A stretch of DNA of 63,046 nucleotides, filler included, from Octopus bimaculoides (Eukaryota), in the NCBI RefSeq assembly GCF_001194135.2. It is 6 parts of 6 records of this genome, joined end to end, with 100 filler letters (N's around TTAATTAATTAA, not from the genome) between each part and the next. Parts side by side here need not be neighbours in the genome. Positions count along the whole stretch, not along the records: positions 21,851 to 43,630 come from NC_068981.1; 5 more parts are not named here. One strand, 5' to 3'. This document shows positions 24,466 through 37,851 of the stretch, piece after piece. The translations under genes were made by a program, and so were the position numbers. A model generated the notes under the pieces. It saw only the letters and a list, made by a program, of their open reading frames with translations, ran no database searches and was not told the origin of the DNA. The stretch's first letter is position 1. Each line of letters opens with the position of its first letter.

Positions 24466-26290
24466 NNNNNNNNNNNNNNNNNNNNNNNNNNNNNNNNNNN
24501 NNNNNNNNNNNNNNNNNNNNNNNNNNNNNNNNNNNNNNNNNNNNNNNNNNNNNNNNNNNNNNNNNNNNNNNNNNNNNNNNNNNNNNNNNNNNNNNNNNNN
24601 NNNNNNNNNNNNNNNNNNNNNNNNNNNNNNNNNNNNNNNNNNNNNNNNNNNNNNNNNNNNNNNNNNNNNNNNNNNNNNNNNNNNNNNNNNNNNNNNNNNN
24701 NNNNNNNNNNNNNNNNNNNNNNNNNNNNNNNNNNNNNNNNNNNNNNNNNNNNNNNNNNNNNNNNNNNNNNNNNNNNNNNNNNNNNNNNNNNNNNNNNNNN
24801 NNNNNNNNNNNNNNNNNNNNNNNNNNNNNNNNNNNNNNNNNNNNNNNNNNNNNNNNNNNNNNNNNNNNNTTTGGTACCGTAACTGGAACTGCAATCTTTG
24901 TTTCGAAACAATTATTTAATTAGTTAAACTTTTTCCATAGAAATTTCTTTTATTTAACGAAAATTATAGTTTAAATGCTATAGTTTAAATATAGTTTAAA
25001 ATACTTCACCACTCTGTGGATTGTATTTTCAAACAAGATAATGCAAAATGACTTTTGTCTTTTTAAATCAGAAATTACAAAACTAAGAAAGTAATTTCTT
25101 ACACAAAAGTAATTTCTTACACAAAAGAGTGGATGAAAAATGAAAGAGAAAGATAGAGAAAATCAGGAGTGGTCATATTCACAGGAACACAAGAAATTTA
25201 CGATGCTGTGAGAGAGATGAATGCTATTTACGTTTTTGTAACTGAGGAAACACTCATCTCTATGTTCCTCATACTCAACAGAATATTCAGGTTTCACATC
25301 ATGCAAAGCACAACAGAATTTACAGAGAAAGACTGAAACAAAGAAAATTAAAAAAAAAAGTATATATAAAAGGAAAATTTCATTCAACGTTTTAAGCATT
25401 GCTTTCTGAGTTTCTCAGCAAAGGAATCTCGTTTCAGAGTATTCTTGTTTTACTTTATTCGTAGACTCAAAGACTGCCATGTTGACACTGTCTCAGGGAA
25501 TTAAGTCTCATGTCTCAAAGAAGGAGAACCAAAATACTTGCATTTGATACAGTTCTCGGACAAGTAAAGATAACACATTTGCAATGTGTGCTGGTATGTT
25601 TTACAAAATAAAGATGGAGGTATCGGAGGAAGCTCAACGTAGGTCCTCGGCATGGAAGTAAGCGCAGCTGATTCGCTCTCATGATTACTCTACCTCCTAA
25701 AGCAAAGTTGATAGTACTGGATATCATGCATCCTAGTAAAAGATGTCTGATATAAATTAAAATAAATAAATAAATAAGATATTCAAACAGCAAGCATGTA
25801 CGGTAAAAATCAAAACAACACAAAACTGAGATAGGATGGAACCCAACTGCATGGTGATAAACTTAATCATTTTTTGTGGAATAAGTTACAGTATATAAGA
25901 ATGTTGGGAAAAGTTGCAATACTTGCCTTATGGTTATGTTTCCATTCATAAATAAAGATAAACGAAAGTATATGGTGAGGTGTGTGAATGGAATGTGAAA
26001 TATGAAAAAATCCACGCAAACCTTTTATCTAAATTTAGATACTATGAATGAGTTACAGTATGGTAACATACCGCAGGTCACTGAAGCAGTATATATGTGT
26101 GAGTGCGTGCGTGTCTGTATATGTATATTTGTGCGTGTGCGTGGGTGCGCATGTGTGTGTGCATTTATTCGTTTGCACGTACACACACATTAGAATGTGA
26201 ATAAGTCTATTTATCGATATATATATATATACATGCGCCCACCGGTGCGCAGGCGAGCGGGCGCGCACACACACACACACACATGCAGAG

Positions 26291-26325
<35 letters not shown>

Positions 26326-27048
26326 ACATTCTAATTCAGACTACATAAGATGATAATTCATCTTAAAATCTGACGATACAACAGTTAGAATCATCGATCT
26401 TTGGGTAACATATATTCACAGCATTACTTTTGCATAGAAATGAATATGCCTTTCTGAGTGACATTTGTAGCGTCAATTAGCGTTAACAGTGAATAAAATC
26501 TCCTGGTGGTTAACAGGATAAGTTTTCAGAATGAGTTACGCATTTCTGCTGATATTGATTTCTAGTGGTTGTTTAATCCCAGGTCAATTTCATTTCAAAA
26601 TACCGCTATTGAAATGTTTTCCATCGTCTACCATATTTTCACTTTCGCGGCATCAGTGACTGTAATACGTGGCGAATACTTTTCTCTTTCAAGACATATG
26701 TTTCTCGTTTGAAGGAGCTTAGACTACTAATTTTTCCACGACATACATCTTCTGAAATGATGGGTTTAATAATATGAATGTTTATTTTAATTTTTACTTC
26801 GACCGAGTAGTCATGCAAGTAACATTAGAGCTCAATTGACTGAAGAGCATAGTCAATTGAATAACCCAGTTTAGATTACTGGGTCTGAATATGCAATCAA
26901 TAAAGAGAATGAAAGATCCTACATTAGCATTTGAGCTCTGAATACAACTGCGTCCAGTTAATTCCATGTTAAGGATAATTGCATATTATCTATTAAAATG
27001 TAATAAATGCATTCATTTACTAACATCTATCTATTTATCTATCTATCC

Positions 27049-27112
<64 letters not shown>

Positions 27113-27174
27113 GTCTATCTGTCTATCTATCTATCTATCTCTATTTCTCCCCTCTCTCTCTCCCTCTCCCTCCT

Positions 27175-27390
27175 TTTTTTATTCTTTTATTTGTTTCAGT
27201 CAGTTAACTGTGGCCATGTTGGAGCACCACCTTTAGTCGAAAATCTACCCCAGGACTTATTTTTCGTAAGTCCAGTGCTTATTCTATCGGTCTTTGTTTG
27301 TCGAACTGTTAAGTTACGGGGTCGTAAACATACCAGCATCGGTTGTCGAGCGATGGTTGAGAGACAGACGTACAAATACATAAACATACT
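27175..27390 (-). mobile_element. SINE-C 3' half
   Basis: Reverse complement of the 40-290 body. Confidence 0.85.
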
Positions 27391-27429
27391 CACACACATA
27401 TATTATATGTATATATATTTATGCATATA

Positions 27430-27463
<34 letters not shown>

Positions 27464-29568
27464 NNNNNNNNNNNNNNNNNNNNNNNNNNNNNNNNNNNNN
27501 NNNNNNNNNNNNNNNNNNNNNNNNNNNNNNNNNNNNNNNNNNNNNNNNNNNNNNNNNNNNNNNNNNNNNNNNNNNNNNNNNNNNNNNNNNNNNNNNNNNN
27601 NNNNNNNNNNNNNNNNNNNNNNNNNNNNNNNNNNNNNNNNNNNNNNNNNNNNNNNNNNNNNNNNNNNNNNNNNNNNNNNNNNNNNNNNNNNNNNNNNNNN
27701 NNNNNNNNNNNNNNNNNNNNNNNNNNNNNNNNNNNNNNNNNNNNNNNNNNNNNNNNNNNNNNNNNNNNNNNNNNNNNNNNNNNNNNNNNNNNNNNNNNNN
27801 NNNNNNNNNNNNNNNNNNNNNNNNNNNNNNNNNNNNNNNNNNNNNNNNNNNNNNNNNNNNNNNNNNNNNNNNNNNNNNNNNNNNNNNNNNNNNNNNNNNN
27901 NNNNNNNNNNNNNNNNNNNNNNNNNNNNNNNNNNNNNNNNNNNNNNNNNNNNNNNNNNNNNNNNNNNNNNNNNNNNNNNNNNNNNNNNNNNNNNNNNNNN
28001 NNNNNNNNNNNNNNNNNNNNNNNNNNNNNNNNNNNNNNNNNNNNNNNNNNNNNNNNNNNNNNNNNNNNNNNNNNNNNNNNNNNNNNNNNNNNNNNNNNNN
28101 NNNNNNNNNNNNNNNNNNNNNNNNNNNNNNNNNNNNNNNNNNNNNNNNNNNNNNNNNNNNNNNNNNNNNNNNNNNNNNNNNNNNNNNNNNNNNNNNNNNN
28201 NNNNNNNNNNNNNNNNNNNNNNNNNNNNNNNNNNNNNNNNNNNNNNNNNNNNNNNNNNNNNNNNNNNNNNNNNNNNNNNNNNNNNNNNNNNNNNNNNNNN
28301 NNNNNNNNNNNNNNNNNNNNNNNNNNNNNNNNNNNNNNNNNNNNNNNNNNNNNNNNNNNNNNNNNNNNNNNNNNNNNNNNNNNNNNATATATATATATAT
28401 ATATATATATACATATCCTATATACACACATACACACATATATATATATATGTATCCTATATACACACATGTGTGTATATATATATATCCAATATACACA
28501 CATGTAAATATATATATATATATATATATCCTATATACGCACATGCATGCACATTCAATGGATGCTCAGCTGCGCATGCACACAAGCAATCACACCCACA
28601 CATACACACGCGCACACACATGTGCGCACACACATGCGCGCACACACATGCGCGCGCACACGCACAGCTCATACTTGTATATTTTGTTTGTACATATATT
28701 TCTATGTGCCTTTCTGTGTAAGCATCCTGTTTCAACATATATATAAATATATCCTATATGCAATAATTTTCCATACGTTCTGAAATCAAAGATTGTATTT
28801 ATATTGACTCGTACTGCCACGATATAGATGCTTTCATGACTAATTCGTGAAACGTTATATCAAACATTTAAGTTGACATTGTAAAGGTAAAATGTGTACT
28901 GACATGAGGCTATTAGTAATATTAAAATATCTATTCATAAGAATAGGAGGCTGAAGTTAAGAAACTAGATGCTGAAAACAGTTTCCAGCATTTCGTTATG
29001 CTTCTAAACAATCCTCATATTGTTCTCAAACTCCAGGTCAGTAGGGAACTTACTTGTTTATGATTAAAGATGACTCAGTTGTTAGACAGTCAATCTTTGA
29101 TTCAAACACTGTGTATGTAGGACAACATTATTCAATGCGGCCTTCCGATTATGGATTGCAATTTGCTAGAAACCTGGTGGCAGTTTTTAGTAAGTGAAGT
29201 GAACAGGGAAACGTAACCACTCTAGTTTGGTAACAATTATGTTTTTGTTTAATCTTTCGGACCAGCTAATCATTGGTTCACTGCATTTCTGATGGCGTGA
29301 AATTACAAGGGATTGCTAGATGGAAAAAAACTGCGTATCACACGCGCCGCGCATGCACACACATATATATTTTCATATATATNNNNNNNNNNNNNNNNNN
29401 NNNNNNNNNNNNNNNNNNNNNNNNNNNNNNNNNNNNNNNNNNNNNNNNNNNNNNNNNNNNNNNNNNNNNNNNNNNNNNNNNNNNNNNNNNNNNNNNNNNN
29501 NNNNNNNNNNNNNNNNNNNNNNNNNNNNNNNNNNNNNNNNNNTATATATATATATATATGAATATATA

Positions 29569-31132
29569 CAGTAGCGGCCATAATAAAAGGGTGAGTAAGA
29601 ACAAGTATATTGAAATATTTATTATAGAAGATTAAAAAAATGTTGAGACTATATATTTTATACATATTTAGATATATCTAATATCTATCTTCCGTGAATC
29701 CCTCAAGAGGATGGAATGAATATTTCATAAGTTATGAGGAAATAAACAAATAATCTTCCAAACTGCAACGGCCAAAAGTTAAAAGGGTCACTTAGAAAAT
29801 CAATGAAAAATAGAACAAGACAAAAACCCGCCTTATTATTAATATTTTGTAAGCATCCCTTTACTAGAAATGGCCTCGTGACATCTGTTACCACATGACT
29901 GAATTAATTTCTTGCAAATTGAATTATATTGTTCCATTCGTTTTTCAATAATTCCCAGAGTTCATCTTAGTTTTTGAATTTCCCCTTCACGCTCCATTTG
30001 CAATATTCTTCCACGTGTTTTCCATACGGATGAGATCGGGACTTTAGGTGGCCAGTCCATGAGATCGACCCCCTCATCATTCAGAAACACTTTGACTCTC
30101 TTCGCAGTGTGACAGACAATGTTGTCCTTTACGGAGATACAAGGTTGAACTGATGAGGATCGGAGATGTGGTAGGGATACTGTCTAAGAATCTGTTTGTA
30201 GATTTCAGCATCAACACTCCCTTGTAGGCGAATAAATGAACCAAGGCCAGCAGCAGAGATCACTCCTCATACCATTACACTGCCTCCTCCATATTTCACT
30301 TTCCTCTTCACACATGCATGAGATAACCTTTCGCCACTTCTTCGTCGGACATACTTCTCGCTATCAGAACCAATCACATTAAACTTCGATTCATGGCTAA
30401 AATGCACTTGCGACCATGGTTCTTCTGTCCAAGCGAAGACGAACTCTTTGATTCTTCTTAGAGATCAGAGGTTTGCTCGTACCCGAGCAAGCAGCCCACA
30501 CCCTCGTAACCTCCTAGAAACTGTTTTGCGCGATACGTTGGCACCGGAAGTGAAGTTAATTTCACGGGATATCACAGCAGCACTCTCACACCTATCCTTG
30601 AGTGAAATTCTAACCATAATACGATCCTGTTTTGGTGAGGTTTTACGAGGTCAACCGGTTTGGGGTTTAGCATCTGTCGATTCTGATGATTTAAAACGAG
30701 CTATAATTCTTTGCACAGCACTTCTAGGGCTTCCTACAGCAGTTGCTAATGTAGAATTTGACTTGCTCTCTTGGTGAAGGCAAAAAATACTTTGTTCTTC
30801 AATACAGAACGCCAGTCGTTTCCCACGAGCCGCCATGTTGGCAGTTGAATGTTCCAATAATGGAAGATCATAAGAGGTAACTGTTAACTGTTAGTAGTTC
30901 ATTTTTTCTAAGTGACTCTTAACATTTGGCCGCTGCAATTTGGAACATTATTTGTTTATTTCCTCATTACTTATGAAATATTTATTCCATTCGCTTGGAA
31001 ATATCATGAAAGATAGATATTAGATATATCTAAAGATACGTAAAATATCTAGTCTCAATGTGTTGTTTATATTCTATAATTACTATTTCAATACACTTGT
31101 TGTTACTGACCCTTATATTATGGCCGTTACTG
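29569..31132 (-). mobile_element. Full-length defective Tc1 transposon, about 1.56 kb, long TIRs (about 240 bp), in a (TA)n target
   Basis: TA|CAGTAGCGGCCATAAT at left, ATTATGGCCGTTACTG|TA at right; the inverted match continues through ...GTCACTTAGAAAA / TTTTCTAAGTGAC... Confidence 0.92.
29850..30836 (-). pseudogene. Tc1-family DD34E transposase pseudogene
   Basis: MAARGKR...; HTH-region SRKTVSRRLRGCGLLAR; VHFSHESKFNVIGSD (first catalytic D now H); KYGGGSVMV*G; KDNIVCHTAK; WPPK-SPDL..MENTWK; several stops and frameshifts. Confidence 0.88.
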
Positions 31133-31159
31133 TATATATATATATATATATATATAAAC

Positions 31160-31560
31160 CTCTGCAATGGGTGTGAAGCTTGGTCTCTATAACTGGCTAA
31201 AATCCTTCATTCTCGGTCGGAAAGAAGTAATTACGGTTATAGGATATCATTCTTCACTCTACGAGATGACTTCTGGTGTACCACACGGATCCATTCTTGG
31301 ACCCCTATTGTTTGTTTCATATATTAATGATATAGATTCTAACTTGAGAAATGTTACAGTGGCGAAATATGCAGATGACATCAAGCAGTGCCTCGAAATA
31401 AAAAGAATAAATCCTATGCACTGTACATCTTTTCACGCTCAGAATTGCTGAAGCATGGAATAAACTACCCGCATCAGTTATTAGCTGTCGAGACACTACA
31501 TCCTTCAAACCTTCCATACTCCCTGATATCCGCCTGTTTTTAGTTGTAGTGCACCCGAGC
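31160..31560 (+). mobile_element. CR1-like LINE remnant with large internal deletion
   Basis: LYNWLKSFILGRK..SGVPHGSILGPLLFVSYINDI..KYADDIK, joined almost directly to C-terminal FTLRIAEAWNKLPASVISCRDTTSFK. Confidence 0.8.
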
Positions 31561-31746
31561 ACTGTATACAACAATTTCCTTCATTATATCATTATGTATC
31601 ATATATTGCAGACTCAAAGGATAATATCAATTACCGACTACAAACTTTTCCATAAAATTCAAATATACTTAAGAAAACAAATATTCATATATATGAAACA
31701 GTTAAAGGGGAAACAGGGCATGTAAAATTTTATATACATTTTATAC

Positions 31747-31814
<68 letters not shown>

Positions 31815-33103
31815 CAACAAAGAGACACTAAAATTGGATGCCAACAATTCCCATAGGAAAACATAATCATAATTANNNNNNNNNNNNNNNNNNNNNNNNN
31901 NNNNNNNNNNNNNNNNNNNNNNNNNNNNNNNNNNNNNNNNNNNNNNNNNNNNNNNNNNNNNNNNNNNNNNNNNNNNNNNNNNNNNNNNNNNNNNNNNNNN
32001 NNNNNNNNNNNNNNNNNNNNNNNNNNNNNNNNNNNNNNNNNNNNNNNNNNNNNNNNNNNNNNNNNNNNNNNNNNNNNNNNNNNNNNNNNNNNNNNNNNNN
32101 NNNNNNNNNNNNNNNNNNNNNNNNNNNNNNNNNNNNNNNNNNNNNNNNNNNNNNNNNNNNNNNNNNNNNNNNNNNNNNNNNNNNNNNNNNNNNNNNNNNN
32201 NNNNNNNNNNNNNNNNNNNNNNNNNNNNNNNNNNNNNNNNNNNNNNNNNNNNNNNNNNNNNNNNNNNNNNNNNNNNNNNNNNNNNNNNNNNNNNNNNNNN
32301 NNNNNNNNNNNNNNNNNNNNNNNNNNNNNNNNNNNNNNNNNNNNNNNNNNNNNNNNNNNNNNNNNNNNNNNNNNNNNNNNNNNNNNNNNNNNNNNNNNNN
32401 NNNNNNNNNNNNNNNNNNNNNNNNNNNNNNNNNNNNNNNNNNNNNNNNNNNNNNNNNNTATAATGCATATATCCATATGTATATATGTGTATATATAGCT
32501 TGTTTGCATACACGCATATATGAATATTAAATAAAAAAACATAAACATATGTATATATAAATATACCCCTATAAACATATACATGGCTGCACGATTTTCC
32601 CCGTGATCACATGACTAAACATACTATAACTCACGTAAGCCGACGTAATTTACGGATTGTACTGAACACGCACAAACACAACACACACACCCCCACACTC
32701 GCATACACACACACACACACACATAGAGACGCAAACATACACATGCGATTGCATAAATGTGTATGCTTAATTTGATAAACTACGAATGTATACATATATA
32801 GAGCTACGCTTATTTTATATACAGGCACACAAAAGAATTTACACATATATTTATACGTATATATTTATACGGTGTTAATCCGGTCCTAACAGTGGTATAT
32901 GTGGGTCTCACAGATCTGGAGTCTAAACCCCCAGATAATCTCCGATGTGCAGGCTGTTGTTGTCAAACTGAGCGTGAGTCGAGAGCGAATAGACGATGGA
33001 ATAGCCATTATTCCGTCTTAGCCTTCACAGCTTATACTAAACACATAACATGTTTGCCTTACATTTACTTTTTGTTCATTCTTTTTACAAAATGGTGCTC
33101 CGT

Positions 33104-33381
33104 CAGATACGACGACGAGGTTCCTGTTTATCTGATCAACGAACAATCTGCTCGTAAAATTAACTCGCAAGTGGCTGAGTACTCCACAGAAATGCATACC
33201 ATGAGATAGTTCTCAGAAATATTCAGACTCACACAGCTACAACTCAATTTTGCCAGCTGAGTGAACTGCACCAAGTTAAAGTAGAGTACCTTGCTCAAAA
33301 ACACAGCGCGCCGCAGGGAATCGTACTCGTGACTTTACGATTCTCGGCCGAATACCTCTAACCACTGAGCCACGAACCTTC
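33104..33381 (-). mobile_element. SINE family A, tail type 4
   Basis: Reverse-complement head at 33290-33381; the tail is shared with 24211-24465 and 40150-40347. Confidence 0.8.
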
Positions 33382-33898
33382 TCTCTCTTAACCCTGAAGA
33401 AAAGGAGTGAAGTGATGGAGACAGAGAAAGGAAAGCTTCAGTCATTTAAAATGACCATTACACTGCAATACGATCGATCTTTTTTAGCTTCTTTATTTTT
33501 AACAATGAAGAAAAGGACAGACACTTAGTAATGAATAGAGTGAAACTATTTCATGTGTTTCCGTTTTTATTCTGGGGGATTCTAGAACGATCTGTTCTCT
33601 CTTCCTTCCCTCATCACCGGTACTTATTCGCCTTCTTTCATAGTTGTTTATGTCTTTTAGTTGGGTGAGTGGGGTCAGACCGTGTTTTTTTTAAGGCACA
33701 TTGAACGTTTTCTCTACAAACTACAAACAAGCCCCCTACTCACACCCTTTCTTTTTTACATACAAAAGCTAATGCAAATTTGAACGGGGTATAGCTGTGA
33801 AAAGAGCCCAGAAAATGAGTAATACCCCTTACAATATAGGTGGGAAAGTAAAGTTGCCCAACAGGTGGCTATACGAAATTCAACTCTATACTTTAAAG

Positions 33899-34216
33899 AG
33901 TGTCTTCCACTATAGCCGCGGGTCGACCAAAGCCTTGTGAGTAAATTTGGTAGACGAAAACGGAAAGAAGCCTGTCATATATATACTATATATATAAAAT
34001 TATAATTTAGTGTATCTAAGGGATACCGTCACGCTGAAAATAGTAGTCAGATCTTGACTCTAAACCACTCTAAACCAGCAAGGCGGTATCCCTTAGATAC
34101 CCTAAATTATAATTTAAAATAATTGTTACCTTTGATGGTTTTTATTCCCATGCTGGCCACTTGATAAAATCGATATTTAAATATCGATCTTATCCTTATT
34201 TATATAAACACACACG

Positions 34217-34248
<32 letters not shown>

Positions 34249-34587
34249 CATACATACATATATATGTATGTATTTATGTATGTGTGTATGTATGTATGTA
34301 TGTATGTATGTATGTGTGTGTGTGTGCATATATACATATATATATATATATATATAATATTTTTATCTGTGTGTGTTTGTGTCTGTGTTTGTCCCCCACC
34401 ATCATTGTTTGACCACCGATGTTGGGGTTCTTGCGTCCCCGCAACTTAGCTGTTCGGCAGAAGGGAATGATAGAATAAACCCCAGGCTTACATCAAGTAA
34501 GTCCTTGGGTCGATTTTTTCGACTAAAGTGTGATGCTCCAGCATGGCCACCTTCAAATGATTGAAACAAGTAAAAGAATAAAAGAAT
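33899..34587 (+). mobile_element. SINE-C with expanded centre (microsatellite plus inserted hairpin element)
   Basis: 5' body 33899-33976, 3' body about 34375-34587. Confidence 0.8.
33997..34194. repeat. Double-hairpin element: 34-bp inverted repeat plus 32-bp palindrome
   Basis: 33997-34030 vs 34082-34115 (2 mismatches); 34163-34194 GATAAAATCGATATTT|AAATATCGATCTTATC (1 mismatch). Confidence 0.85.
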
Positions 34588-35127
34588 GCCAGAAGAACGT
34601 TCCGTACCACTAAACCTTCTAGGTTTATAGGTACTGTCACCATATAGAAACATTTTTCATGGCACCAGAACACAATTTACAGATGCTTACATGTTTTATT
34701 TTCTGTGAATTTTTCACGAGTCCAAGTAGTATAATTGAAAGTTATAATTATTGTTTAATAATGAAAATGTGACGTCAGAACTTGCTATCTTGACTTACTG
34801 CTTACTATGTATGTAAAAATAAAACATGTACATACCAATATCTGTCTGCCTGTTTTTCTGCCTATCTATTCATTTATCTATCTAGATCTTTACATATACA
34901 TATGTCTTTATATTCACGTATATTCACAAGTTTGTTTCTACATTTATATGTGTATGTATGTATATAAATATGTAAATATTTTTATAGTCAGACGTTCATT
35001 GAAGGATAACATAAATACAACTTAATGTTCATAGTTTTTTAATGGAATATATTTTTAGTGACTTCGAATATTCCATACACTTTTCCTGCGACAGTCTGTA
35101 TTTTATCTACTTTTTATCATTATTGTT

Positions 35128-35285
35128 AAAGGCAACGAACTGGCAGAGTCGTTAGCATGCCGGACAAAATGCTTAGCGGCATTGCTTCTGTTTTTAAGTT
35201 CTGAGTTCAGAAATCAGCTGAGGTTGAATTTGTCCTTCACCCGCAGAATTTCAGGCGTTGCGCCTATTGTAGAAAAGATCATTAT
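35128..35285 (+). mobile_element. SINE-B, internally deleted
   Basis: Head and TTTCAGGC.TTG.GCCTA..GTAGAAA tail retained; middle missing. Confidence 0.8.
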
Positions 35286-36522
35286 TTGTGCTGTTGTTGT
35301 TCTCTTCAAATTTCAAGAACCTTTCCGAAGCTTCTTACAGAATGCAGGAGTGTACTTTTCTACTAGTCAACATTGCTAGTCTCAATTTCAGTATTCTTCA
35401 GTTTCGTAGGTGGCAGTTTCAGTATTATTGAAAGCATGCCAAGTATTACAAGAGCAATTGTCATCTCAATTTTCCTGAATCACCTCCATTCTCTAGCTAG
35501 ATTCTGATAATTTTCAATTTTCTAAATATCTTTGTTATCTGTTTTACTTTTATTGGCTTTTGTAAAGTTTATGATGTTACCCTATTCATTTTCTGTTTTT
35601 ATTTTTGTCCTCATCTGGTCTTCTTGCTTCTACATTATCATCAACCTTAAAGGGGCAATTCTATGAAATCCAGTAATTATCATTCTCGGGGTCTCTCTTC
35701 TTTTCATTCATGAATATGGTGAAATCTCCCAATGAAATTAACTCCAAAAGAAGACTCGCCAAATGTCATGGTGCAAGTGGCAATCCTGTTCAGAAAATTT
35801 CATCAAAATTTCTAAAATCATATATTGCGGGCGTAAAGCCCACAAAGTGGTGGAAGAGAGCAAAAGGAGGCAAAAATGTTATGCTTGTCGAAGTACCATT
35901 TGCCATTATATTTTCTTACCTTAGTTAAAGAAAACTAAACCATCACAGTTGCGTACACGACAACCACATCTACACCAGGACTATGCGGAAATGTTGAGGA
36001 CATTTATACCAAAACCAAGATAGCATAAACGTTTGCCCATTGCTTCCAAACTGGAACTGAAAGGTTTGGCAGTAGAGATATTCCACCTCGGTAGAACTCT
36101 CATTGAATTTTTAAACTTTCAATTCAAACGGTAAGTGACGCCATAGAGGGAGTGGCTATCCACAAATGAATTCATTGAAATTTAGATGAAAGTGGTAAAA
36201 ATCGCAAAAAATGGTCTAAGCCACTTGTGAGTCGAAAATGGAGAGGGTACTTGCCCTTAGTTTTCGGGGCGATCTTGGATGATGAGGCCCATCGATTGGC
36301 CCTGGAGGCTCTCCTGTATCAAGACCATGACATCAGTGTCACATTCTTTTACTGATGTACACTAAGTATAAATCTATGCAAACATCCACACTTGATGTCT
36401 GTTATTGTAGAGCTCAGATCAACTGTTGTTCTAGAGACAAATAAAAGTGATACAAGAACAACGATAATTATGATTATAATAATTATTATTATTAATTTAT
36501 TTTTATCATTATTGTTGTTGTT

Positions 36523-36733
36523 AAGGCAGTGACCTGGCAGAATTATTATCCCGCGAGCAAAATGCTTAGCAGCATTTCATCCGTCTTTGCGTTCTGAGTT
36601 CAAACTACACAGAGGTTGACTTTTGCATTTCATCCTTTCGGGATCGATAAACTAAGAACTAGTGAAATTCTACGTTCGATGTAATCGACTAGTAATCCCT
36701 CAAAACTTCAGGCCTTGTGCCTATGATAGAAAA

Positions 36734-36790
<57 letters not shown>
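36523..36790 (+). mobile_element. SINE-B with long (ATT)n tail
   Basis: Full head, core and tail. Confidence 0.88.
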
Positions 36791-36794
<4 letters not shown>

Positions 36795-37270
36795 GAGTGA
36801 GAGAGCAAGGCATGCCATCAAAGTGACACTGGGGTAAATATACGAAGCCCATTATACTTATCATGACTACCCGTCTGATAAGGGTACACCAGGCATATGC
36901 ATCACAACCTTATGTGCGCGACATTGTGACTTCATATCAAGATAAACATCGCATGACATCGCAGGTGGGGCCCACTTAGAATTTTCTTCAGGTCGAGTAG
37001 CCCATCTCGATCAAAAGGTCTCTGAATAAGGACTGTTTAAGGATGTTGAACGAAACACCAATGTTTCTGGTGATGGATTAAACAAACCCCAAAGAATTCC
37101 TCTCAACACATGGCTATGTTTCTCCCCCCACTACTTCTGATCATGATCAAAGATGCACATATCGTCAGTCACTAAGGGACATGCTCAACTGGTTATGGTC
37201 AAACAACTGACAAGCAAATCTGTGGTATTGAGCAGAATATTTGCTGTAGCCCATCTTCCGTACCAAGACA
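36795..37270 (-). mobile_element. Unclassified non-coding repeat 'G' ending in CTCTCACTC(AAT)n
   Basis: Homologous to 45105-45662 and 61927-62160; no ORF or pol III boxes seen. Confidence 0.75.
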
Positions 37271-37284
37271 AAACAATGTACATG

Positions 37285-37803
37285 ATAATTATTATTATTA
37301 TTATTCAGTAGTTTTATTTTTATAACGTGCTTTCACTTCACTACCGAGCGCAGCTCTGTGCGCCTTGAGTATGTGCTGTGGTTTGCTGTGGTGCTCTTAT
37401 GTTTACTGTATTGAAAGTGTTTTGCGTAGAATGTGTGCAGTACCCAGTAGTGCAATTTTCTGTATGTTATATATATTTGTAAGTCCTGCTATTTTTGTTA
37501 TGTATTTGTCTGAATATTTTTTNNNNNNNNNNCATCAATTAGAAAGCAATTTTTTTCTTCTTAATCTTTGACAACTATATCTGGTCTATTTGTCTTAATT
37601 TCTCTATCTGTGTGTATTGGCATATCCCAGAGTATGGTTGCTTTCTCGTTTTCTGTGACATTTCCTGGCGTGTGTTTATACCATCTTTTTTCTGTTGTTA
37701 TTCCATAATGTTGGCATAGCTTCCAGTGTATATAGGTCCCAGCTTTGTCGTGTCTGTGAATATATTCCTTCTTAGCCAGGACTGGGCAGCCAGAGATAAT
37801 ATG

Positions 37804-37805
<2 letters not shown>
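37285..37805 (-). mobile_element. 5'-truncated R4/Dong-type (restriction-like endonuclease) non-LTR retrotransposon between (TAA)n tracts
   Basis: HIISGCPVLAKKEYIHRHDK..IHWKLC..WYKHTP..ENEKATILWDMPIHTDREIKTNRPDIVVKD*E..CFLID[gap]..IQKIALLGTAHILRKTLSIQ* (stop 37403-37405), a short 3'UTR and a (TAA)n tail. Confidence 0.88.

Positions 37806-37851
<46 letters not shown>

Noticed and set aside
25490-25610. Exon-like stretch (MSQRRRTKILAFDTVLGQ.. or GIKSHVSKKENQNTCI*)
   Set aside because: Weak acceptor, no recognisable homology, and several equally plausible frames.
36020-36135. Strong donor CG|GTAAGT with upstream open frame (HKRLPIASKLELKG..)
   Set aside because: No credible acceptor or start and no family match.
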